Shown here piece by piece: positions 56,601 to 64,000 of a stretch of 64,000 nt of DNA. Position numbers and translations under genes: made by a program. The stretch lies in IMG/VR virus record IMGVR_UViG_3300050120_000230, positions 62,001 to 126,000 of that record; one strand, given 5' to 3'. Under the pieces are notes generated by a model. That model ran no database searches, was not told the DNA's origin, and saw nothing but the letters and a program-made list of their open reading frames with translations. How positions within the stretch are numbered: the first letter of the stretch is position 1; the number at the start of each line of letters is the position of its first letter.

Positions 56601-59543
56601 ATGGCTACACTCGTTTCACCGGGCGTCGATGTCGAAATCATTGACGAATCGTTCTATGGCGGCGCTGGTCCGGGCACCGTTCCGCTCGTCGTTTTCGCGA
56701 CCGCAGCGAACAAGGCATCTCCTTCGGGAACCGGAATTGCCCCCTATACCGCTCCTTCCCAAGCAGGAAAGCTCTTCCTTGCGACTTCGCAACGTGAGTT
56801 GATCCAGAACTTCGGCACCCCGAACTTCAAGACTGTTCAGGGCACCCCGGTTCATGGCTACGAACTGAACGAATACGGGCTGCACGCAGCCTATCAGTTC
56901 CTCGGTATCTCGAACCGCTGCTACGTTCTGCGCGCAGACATTGACATGTCTCAGCTTGAGGCATCTTCCACGGCTCCGGTCGCCCCGCCGCTTCCCGGCA
57001 CCTACTGGCTCGACCTGACCCAAACCCAATTCGGTATCTTCCAGTCGAACGGTAACCCGTCGTCTGGTCTGGCTTGGGAAACGCAACCGACGCTCGCCGC
57101 GACCGCTGGCAACATCACCACGACGATGGATGACGTGGACGTTCCGTCCGCTTCTTTCGGCGCGGATGGCCAATTCGCTGTCGTCGTCACCATGTCGAAC
57201 AATCTGATCTATGAAAAGCTGAACGGTGCATGGCTGCAAGTCGGTTCGACTGCTTGGGCCGCCGCGCGCCCGACAACGGTCACCGGCCGCTCGAACCCGA
57301 GCCTGATCGCCACGACCGACACCTTCGAGATCAATGGTCACACGGTTGCATTCGATCAGATTTGGGACGGCACCGCCTACACCATTCAAGGCACTGGCGC
57401 CCTTTCGGAAATCGTCACGAACATCAACGCTGCTGCTATCGCGAACATCGTCGCCACCGTCTCCGGCGCTGGCGCTCTGGTTATTCGCGAATCGGCTGGT
57501 GGGAACATCGTTCTCAGCGCCCTGAACGGCACCCCGCTGACCACGCTCGGTTTGGCTCCCGGCCTGACGGCTGGCGTCACCGTTGACCAAACCAACACTC
57601 CGCAATACCCGGCCAACCGTGCCGCAGGTTCGGTGTGGGTCAAGGGTAATCCGCCGAACCATGGTGCAAGCTGGAAAGTCAAGCTTTGGAACGCAACGGC
57701 TGGTGCATTCGTCACCGTCCCGGCTCCGTTCTACCCGTTCAACTCTATCCTGAGCGACGGCAACTCCTCGAAGGACCAAGCTGCTTCGGCCGCATTTGGC
57801 ACTATCGCAACCGGAACGATCTACGTCGGCTTCGACGCTTCCAACGGCACGCAACAACTGCGTCGTTGGAACGGCACTGGCTGGGAAAACCTGATCTATG
57901 AAGCAGGCACGATCCCGCCGACCAGCCCTCCGGCAGACGGCACTTTCTGGTATAACACCAACTTCCGCGCCGACATCATGTATGGCGATGGCAATCAGTG
58001 GCTCGGCTACGCTCGTAAGTTCACGGCAACCGATCCCGCTGGCGTTCTGATCTCGGGCTCCGCTCCGACGACCCAGTCTGACGGCACTGCTCTGGTTGAC
58101 AACGATCTGTGGATTGATTCCAGCGATCTCGAAAACTACCCGATGCTGTATCGCTACGATACGACGTTGGCCCGTTGGAACCTGATCGACAACACCGACC
58201 AAACCTCTCCGTTTGGTATCGTGTTCGCCGACGCTCGCTCGAACTCTGGCACGAACTACACCAACAACCCGCACCCCGGCACGTACAACTACGGTTCGGA
58301 ACTCTCGGTTGATATGGTGCTGTCGAACTTCCTCGAACCCGACGCGCCCGATGCACGCACCTACCCGGATGGTATGCTGCTGTTCAACACGCGTTATTCG
58401 ACGAACAATGTCAAGGAATGGAAGCCCCTCTACTTCGCGCAGGGCGGCTTTGATCCGAACACGAACTTCACCCAATCCACCTATCACAACAGCGGCAGCA
58501 ACGCGATCTTCCCGGTGCTCGGCACCACGGGTATCTGGGTCACGGCAAGCGGCAATGACGTTGACGGCACACCCTTCATGGGTCGCAAGGCCGTTCGCGT
58601 CCTGATCGTTCGCTCGCTCGAAGAGATGATTACTCTGAACGACGATATTCGTTCGGAACTTGTCTACTTCAACCTGCTCGCGGCTCCGGGTTACCCGGAA
58701 CTGATGAACGAGATGGTGACGTTGAACACCGATCAGAAGGAAGTTGCCTTCATCGTTGGTGACACTCCGATCCGTCTGACTCCCGGTGGCACCGATGTCA
58801 CTTCGTGGGCGAACAACGGTAAGAACGTTGCTTCCACTGGTGAAGACGGTCTCACCGTCGCCAACGAATACGTCGGCGTCTACTACCCGTGGGGTCTGAG
58901 CACCGATCTGAGCGGCAATGAAGTGATGATCCCGCCCAGCGCCATCGCGCTGAGCACTCTGGCCTACAACGACCAAGTTGCTTACCCGTGGTACGCCCCG
59001 GCTGGCTTCCGTCGTGGTCTCGTGACCAACGCTTCGTCGGTCGGTTACCTGACTTCGGAAGGCGAGTTCAAGCCCGTCATCCTGAACCCCGGTCAGCGCG
59101 ACGTTCTTTACACCAACAAGATCAACCCCATCGCCTACATTCCGGGCCGTGGTCTGGTGGTCTACGGTCAGAAGACGCTCAACGCGGATCAAACCGCACT
59201 CGACCGCGTCAACGTCGCCCGTCTTGCCAACTACTTGAAGTATAACCTTGACAACATCGTCAAGCCGTTCCTCTTCGAGCAGAACGATTCGCAAACTCGT
59301 GCTTCGGCTCAAGCAACCGTTTCAGGTTTCCTGAATGGTCTGGTTGGTCTGCAAGCCCTGTCTGACTACGCAGTGATCTGCGACGACTCGAACAACACTT
59401 CGAGCCGCATCGACGCGAACGAACTCTGGATCGACATCGCCATCAAGCCGCTGCACGCCATCGAGTTCATCTATATCCCGGTGCGTATTCTCAACACCGG
59501 CTCCGACCTTGCAACGGCCGTCTCACAGACAGTCTCCCTGTAA
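56601..59543 (+). CDS. contractile tail sheath protein (gp18-like)
   Basis: LVSPGV..EIIDES N-terminus; YYPW, PPS, WYAPAG.RRG, LYTNKINPI, YGQKT, DRVNVARL, FLFEQND; TAAATA at 56563-56568. Confidence 0.95.
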   Translation: MATLVSPGVDVEIIDESFYGGAGPGTVPLVVFATAANKASPSGTGIAPYTAPSQAGKLFLATSQRELIQNFGTPNFKTVQGTPVHGYELNEYGLHAAYQFLGISNRCYVLRADIDMSQLEASSTAPVAPPLPGTYWLDLTQTQFGIFQSNGNPSSGLAWETQPTLAATAGNITTTMDDVDVPSASFGADGQFAVVVTMSNNLIYEKLNGAWLQVGSTAWAAARPTTVTGRSNPSLIATTDTFEINGHTVAFDQIWDGTAYTIQGTGALSEIVTNINAAAIANIVATVSGAGALVIRESAGGNIVLSALNGTPLTTLGLAPGLTAGVTVDQTNTPQYPANRAAGSVWVKGNPPNHGASWKVKLWNATAGAFVTVPAPFYPFNSILSDGNSSKDQAASAAFGTIATGTIYVGFDASNGTQQLRRWNGTGWENLIYEAGTIPPTSPPADGTFWYNTNFRADIMYGDGNQWLGYARKFTATDPAGVLISGSAPTTQSDGTALVDNDLWIDSSDLENYPMLYRYDTTLARWNLIDNTDQTSPFGIVFADARSNSGTNYTNNPHPGTYNYGSELSVDMVLSNFLEPDAPDARTYPDGMLLFNTRYSTNNVKEWKPLYFAQGGFDPNTNFTQSTYHNSGSNAIFPVLGTTGIWVTASGNDVDGTPFMGRKAVRVLIVRSLEEMITLNDDIRSELVYFNLLAAPGYPELMNEMVTLNTDQKEVAFIVGDTPIRLTPGGTDVTSWANNGKNVASTGEDGLTVANEYVGVYYPWGLSTDLSGNEVMIPPSAIALSTLAYNDQVAYPWYAPAGFRRGLVTNASSVGYLTSEGEFKPVILNPGQRDVLYTNKINPIAYIPGRGLVVYGQKTLNADQTALDRVNVARLANYLKYNLDNIVKPFLFEQNDSQTRASAQATVSGFLNGLVGLQALSDYAVICDDSNNTSSRIDANELWIDIAIKPLHAIEFIYIPVRILNTGSDLATAVSQTVSL

Positions 59544-59570
59544 GGACTCCTCACCTACCTCCGAAGAACT

Positions 59571-59600
59571 GGGCGGCCTCGCAAGGGCCGCCCTTTTCTT
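59571..59600 (+). terminator. intrinsic terminator
   Basis: GGGCGGCC-TCGCAAG-GGCCGCCC followed by TTTTCTT. Confidence 0.85.
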
Positions 59601-59794
59601 TAGGGATTGAAATCCCACAGCTTCATCGCCCAGTTGGTGCCGTCCGTGGCGACGTGCCAAACTTGGATGAATCCAGCCTCGGGCTTGGCGAAATGTTCGC
59701 GAAACGCGGTGGCGGCTTCGGCTCGGGTGGCAACGTCACGTTCACCGGCTGACGTTGTGATGCGATAAGCGTCTTCGCTCTTTTGCTCAGCCAT
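59600..59794 (-). CDS. hypothetical protein
   Basis: AGGAG RBS. Confidence 0.55.
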   Translation of the reverse strand: MAEQKSEDAYRITTSAGERDVATRAEAATAFREHFAKPEAGFIQVWHVATDGTNWAMKLWDFNP

Positions 59795-60101
59795 TCGAAA
59801 CTCCTATGATTGATACGTCTCTAGAGTAATGTTCCAAGGGCAGGAACGATACCACGGTTTGACTACGTTTGTCCCACCGATATCCAACAAGTTGACCTTG
59901 GATTTCGATTATTCCCTCACGATGCTTGGTGGAGTGGTAGAAAACACGTTTGTTTTGTATACGGGCTAGCACATCCGAGACATCATCATCGGACAACATC
60001 AGTCCGTATCGTTCCATCAAACGAACATGGGCGTGTTGTGTAATGCGGCTCATTTTCCGTTGGCCCGCCGAGTCTCCCACGCAGCGCGGCGGCGCTTCCA
60101 A
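59787..60101 (-). CDS. hypothetical protein
   Basis: ITQHAHVRLMERYG motif; true start probably the downstream ATG near 60053. Confidence 0.55.
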   Translation of the reverse strand: MEAPPRCVGDSAGQRKMSRITQHAHVRLMERYGLMLSDDDVSDVLARIQNKRVFYHSTKHREGIIEIQGQLVGYRWDKRSQTVVSFLPLEHYSRDVSIIGVSNG

Positions 60102-60548
60102 TCCGCATATTCAGTCTCGAATACATATCCGAGTTCTGGTGCATATACTATCTTGCGCGTAGGGTGCATTAGCGCGTGATAGGCGCCGCCGCCGCCGAAT
60201 GGTCGGCCGAAAATGTTGCTCTGTTCGTTGATGCCGCGTTCGCCGCCGAAGGTCATCCAGTGGACTAGGATACGATCCTCTTTCACCCACTTGACCCAAG
60301 CACGCGTGGTTCTCCCACCGGGATGACTTTTGTCCTGCCACGGAAACCGCACCACTACCTCGTCACCGACCTCCAATGAGTTCACCCACGCAGCCAATCC
60401 GTTTTTTCGGAGGCGCTTGATTTTACTCAGACGTTGGCGGGCTTTGCGTTCTCGTTTTCGAATGGCCTCGGGGCTATGCTCAAGTTCCCACATGAGTTCA
60501 AGGTCGCCCTTTTCACCGGGACGCAACTGCTCTGACATACCTAACATG
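60050..60548 (-). CDS. hypothetical basic protein
   Basis: GGAGG RBS before the ATG at 60548; TTGACG promoter upstream. Confidence 0.6.
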
Positions 60549-60621
60549 CGGGTCCTCCGGCTGTCTTGAGAACAAAATACCCCGCTATTAGATTTCGTCA
60601 ACGAAAATAAATACATGTGCT

Positions 60622-60882
60622 ATGCACCGGAGAGGTTCTCGACCTATCAAAGTCTTCGTCAAGTCGAAGATCGGTTTAGAGTGCTTTCTCGTGGAGAACG
60701 ACGATATTTTCGACGCGGCTCTACCTTTCATACGCCGCCTCCATGGCTTGGGCTACAGTAAAGCGATCACCTCGAAGACTCAGAATACAATGGCAAGTCT
60801 ATTGGTTCACAAAGAGACGGCCGAGCCAGCAATGGTCACAAGTTGCCGATTACATACAAAGAACTACCAAAGTAAAAGCTAA
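60622..60882 (+). CDS. hypothetical protein
   Basis: TAAATA at 60608-60613. Confidence 0.4.
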   Translation: MHRRGSRPIKVFVKSKIGLECFLVENDDIFDAALPFIRRLHGLGYSKAITSKTQNTMASLLVHKETAEPAMVTSCRLHTKNYQSKS

Positions 60883-60884
60883 AT

Positions 60885-61104
60885 ATAACTGAACGATGGA
60901 TGTCGTTCCTGCAAGGATTTCGGTCCTGAACCTATAATCTCATGTGTTGGCGACTAGGAGACGTGCGCTTAGCGTGTAAAGGTAAGGGTCGGGTAAGCTC
61001 CGACTGGCATATGGGAATGCGGGAGTTCACCCGCTAAAGCAGTTATGTTTCAACTTCGGTTGGACGTTAGGCGGTCGGGGGTCAAACCTCGGCCGTCTTT
61101 TTTC
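60885..61104 (+). ncRNA. candidate multi-hairpin ncRNA
   Basis: TAAATA at 60880-60885, closing stem ATAACTG/CAGTTAT, consecutive hairpins including two UUCG loops, terminator at the 3' end. Confidence 0.55.
61070..61104 (+). terminator. intrinsic terminator
   Basis: GGCGGTCGGGGG-TCAA-ACCTCGGCCGTC-TTTTTT. Confidence 0.8.
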
Positions 61105-61201
61105 ATTTGCAAATAAAACACCGAGTTTAATGAACTATCCTAAATAAATACACAAGCCGGATGAATAATCGGCAATCAATTTAGATACATGAGGTGATGT
61201 C

Positions 61202-61786
61202 ATCGCTACGCTACAGAATTTTGGAGTCCCTCTCGGCGGCGGTGCTGGTCGCGGTGGTTTGCTCATGCCGAAGACCCGACAGAAGTTCCGCGTGCGTGTC
61301 ACGCAGTTCGGCCCGGTCAACGGTGGACTTGAACTCACCCAACAGGTGGTAACAGTCGGTCGTCCGCAAATGCAGCAGCAAGCGCAGGAAGTCCACTCCT
61401 ACAACTCTATCGGTTACTACGCCGGTAAGGCCGTTTGGCAAGAAATCTCGATGACGGTTCGTGACGATGTTTCGAACGCCGTCAGCCGTCTTGTCGGTCA
61501 CCAGATGCAGAAGCAGATGAACTTCTTCCAACAGACTTCTGCTGAAGCAGGCGCCAACTACAAGTTCGGCATGTTCATCGAAACCCTCGACGGCGGCAAT
61601 GACGCTGTTCTGGAACAATGGATTCTGGAAGGCTGCTTCCTCGCATCCGTCAACTACGAATCGTTCGACTATTCGTCCAGCGACGCAATGACCATCGAAA
61701 TGAGCATCCGCTACGACAACGCGACCCAGCAGGGTGGCCTCATGCCCGTTAGCCCGGAACTCGGCGTCGGCCCGATGCTCGCATAA
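61202..61786 (+). CDS. tail tube protein; probable ATC start
   Basis: LMPK...FRV, RP, YYAGK..W, W.LEGCF...Y...DY, I.YDNA pattern; GAGGT RBS 6 nt before the in-frame ATC at 61202; TAAATA at 61141. Confidence 0.85.
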   Translation: MATLQNFGVPLGGGAGRGGLLMPKTRQKFRVRVTQFGPVNGGLELTQQVVTVGRPQMQQQAQEVHSYNSIGYYAGKAVWQEISMTVRDDVSNAVSRLVGHQMQKQMNFFQQTSAEAGANYKFGMFIETLDGGNDAVLEQWILEGCFLASVNYESFDYSSSDAMTIEMSIRYDNATQQGGLMPVSPELGVGPMLA

Positions 61787-61801
61787 GATCGGAATAGTCC
61801 A

Positions 61802-63208
61802 ATGGTGGATTATTTCGTTCGCAGCCCTCGGCAAGCTACTACCATCTATGGTTTGGATGGTAATAGCGCGCCGAGAAGCAGAAGTCAGTTCTACGTTCGG
61901 TTCCGCAGGACTAGCAATGGCCAAGCGAGTAGCGGATGGCAAGACAATCTGGGGTTCATGGTCAAGTCGTTGGATCGACCGTCCGTGCAACCCCAGCTTG
62001 ACGAAGTCAACCAATATAACAAGAAACGCTGGATCACTACCGGCTTCAAGCTGCAACCCATGCGGATCGTTCTCTACGATACCGCAGACAGCTTGGTCAT
62101 GCGGATGTGGGATGAGTATTCTCGTTGGTATTTCGGCGACTTCAACCAAGACGATGAAACTCAATTTCGATATGACGTGACGACCGCTGATTTCCTCGGT
62201 GATGACATCGGCTTTGGTTTCGTGCCTCGTCCATCGGCGGCGTCAACTGATGGTAAGGACTCTTCACTCGATCTGAACTCACAATTCTTCTTCGATGCTA
62301 TCGAAGTCTATCAAGTCTTCGGTGGTGAGTTCACGCAGTTCGATCTCATCAATCCCAAAATCGGCACGTTTGACCCGGACGAACTCGATTACTCGGCTTC
62401 CGAGCCCGCGACGATTTCGATGACGCTCAATTTTGAAGCGATCATCTATCGCAACGGTGGTGCACCGACACCGATCAGCAGTAATTCCGACATCGCTGCC
62501 GTGTTCGATGAAGACTTCGACGGTGACACCTTCGATGTGACCGGCGCGGCCGTGCGACACAATCTCTCGACGATGTCACCTTCGTTGATCCCGTTCGGCG
62601 TCGATGACTTTCGCCGCGATCCGATCTCGGAAGCTACCGGGCTTTTGGACAATTCGGGTAACACCATCGGCGGCGGCGCCCTTGGGCAATTCGGTAATCT
62701 GGATTTTGGATCACTGCGCGCAGCCGTGCGAGCAGGGAAGGGCATCGCGGGAGATGTCTCCTACTTGGCCAGTGGCAACATCGGCCTATCCACTCTCTTG
62801 AACTTGCCGGTTGGAGGATCGTCCTCAACGATTAACGATCTACAATCGCGCCTTGGCCTGCCGCAACAGTCCCCGCGCGCGATCCTCGGTTCCACACTTG
62901 ACGCTGCCACGGGCGCTCTTAAGGGGCGCGGCGGCGGTAGTGAGTTCGGAGACGACTACATCGACGATAATCTCGTTGGCGGTGTCGCGGCTAGTGCCTC
63001 CATCGACGACAGCAGTATCGGTGACCAATTGACACCAACTGGTCAGAGCGGATTGCTTCTGAACTCGCAGTCTTACGGCGTCATCAATGCACAACGTCCG
63101 AGTTACAGCCAAATTGGCTACAACGACAGCTATTCGACTTCATACAGCAGCAACAGTAGTGATGACAGTCTGTCAATTTCTACTGATTCGGACCCCATCG
63201 ATATCTAA
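61802..63208 (+). CDS. tube-fold baseplate/tail protein
   Basis: VKSLDRPSV....NQYNKKR, LINPKI..FD.DELDYS tube-like motifs; follows the tube gene. Confidence 0.7.
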   Translation: MVDYFVRSPRQATTIYGLDGNSAPRSRSQFYVRFRRTSNGQASSGWQDNLGFMVKSLDRPSVQPQLDEVNQYNKKRWITTGFKLQPMRIVLYDTADSLVMRMWDEYSRWYFGDFNQDDETQFRYDVTTADFLGDDIGFGFVPRPSAASTDGKDSSLDLNSQFFFDAIEVYQVFGGEFTQFDLINPKIGTFDPDELDYSASEPATISMTLNFEAIIYRNGGAPTPISSNSDIAAVFDEDFDGDTFDVTGAAVRHNLSTMSPSLIPFGVDDFRRDPISEATGLLDNSGNTIGGGALGQFGNLDFGSLRAAVRAGKGIAGDVSYLASGNIGLSTLLNLPVGGSSSTINDLQSRLGLPQQSPRAILGSTLDAATGALKGRGGGSEFGDDYIDDNLVGGVAASASIDDSSIGDQLTPTGQSGLLLNSQSYGVINAQRPSYSQIGYNDSYSTSYSSNSSDDSLSISTDSDPIDI

Positions 63209-63654
63209 TGGCAAAGTCTAAGTTCAGTCAGGGACAATATGCTCCCAATCATCCCGAAAAGATCATTGGCAAGACGCCAATTGTCTATAGGTCTAGTTGG
63301 GAAATGAGCTTGATGCGGGTATTCGATGAGAACCCCGCAGTCCTGCAATGGAGTTCCGAAAGCATTTCTATTCCGTATCAAAATCCGTTGACTGGTAAAT
63401 GGTCTTTGTATCTTCCCGACTTCTTCGTGATATATATGGATAAGAACAACGGAAAGCACGCAGAGATCATTGAGATCAAACCGTGGAAGGAAGACCCGAG
63501 AAACCCGGCCAAAGCCAGTGCTCGCACTAGACTGACACAGGCTATCAATCAAGCAAAGTGGACCGCTGCTATGGTCTACTGTCAGAAACGGAAATGGCAT
63601 TTCCGCATCATGACTGAGCGTGATCTGTTCGGCCTACCCGGTAAGAAGAAATAA
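63208..63654 (+). CDS. head completion nuclease (T4 gp4 / TnsA-N-like)
   Basis: YRSSWE, WSSE...IPY, YLPDF, EIKP, N.AKW.AA...C, F.IMTE. Confidence 0.9.
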   Translation: MAKSKFSQGQYAPNHPEKIIGKTPIVYRSSWEMSLMRVFDENPAVLQWSSESISIPYQNPLTGKWSLYLPDFFVIYMDKNNGKHAEIIEIKPWKEDPRNPAKASARTRLTQAINQAKWTAAMVYCQKRKWHFRIMTERDLFGLPGKKK

Positions 63655-63657
63655 CCC

Positions 63658-64000
63658 ATGACCAAAATGATTGAACACACCTTGAATCTTCCGAGCATGG
63701 AAGACATTCTGAAGAGCACTGAGCCCACGGGCGATGCTGACGCAGAATTGGAACTGGAATTTGACAACGCGATCAACGAAGCCGCACTGAGTTCGGCTGT
63801 CGCACTCGCGGACGCGGCGGACAGGCATTTGGCGATCCAAGATGGAGACGGCCATTCGCAAGCGATGGACGAAATCCACAAAGAGACACTGAAGACGGCC
63901 CGTGACCTCGTCGATCTTGGTTTCAACGTCGATCAACGGTCGGCCGCCACCATCTTCGAAAAAGCCAACATGATGTATAAGACCGCACTCGATGCGAAGA
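63658..64000 (+). CDS. partial acidic helical protein, possibly terminase small subunit
   Basis: open frame MTKMIEHTLNLP...DLVDLGFNVD.R.A..IFE to the window edge; function inferred only from pattern and context. Confidence 0.45.
   Translation, partial: MTKMIEHTLNLPSMEDILKSTEPTGDADAELELEFDNAINEAALSSAVALADAADRHLAIQDGDGHSQAMDEIHKETLKTARDLVDLGFNVDQRSAATIFEKANMMYKTALDAK

Noticed and set aside
1-64000. Stop-codon reassignment
   Set aside because: Conserved genes are full length in the standard code, and TAA, TAG and TGA all end credible ORFs

Overview
The window is a 64-kb segment of a large, T4-like contractile-tailed (probably jumbo) phage genome. The permuted two-piece tmRNA with an ANDN... 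tag points to an alphaproteobacterial host. It carries replication and nucleotide genes (family B polymerase, probable sliding clamp, ATP-dependent ligase, ThyX, a HAD nucleotidase, a MazG-like fusion). Translation and proteostasis genes include SerRS, tmRNA, peptide deformylase, ClpA, DnaJ, a Pnkp-like protein and a nucleotidyltransferase. Virion genes include sheath, tube, a head-completion nuclease and two domain-shuffled fibre cassettes. Spanins and candidate counter-defence or effector genes are also present (Acb2-like sponge, two ART-like proteins, DNA methyltransferase, RelE/YafQ-like toxin-antitoxin pair). The strongest unexplained signals are non-coding: a 140-nt tRNA-mimic ending in CCA with its own promoter, a ~720-nt densely base-paired intergenic region, and a ~200-nt multi-hairpin RNA between sheath and tube. 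Also notable are a tandem array of small F-K-x-R-W paralogs, a probable ATC start codon on the tail tube gene, and two recurring promoter classes. All calls come from reading motifs by eye; no database search or folding program was run.
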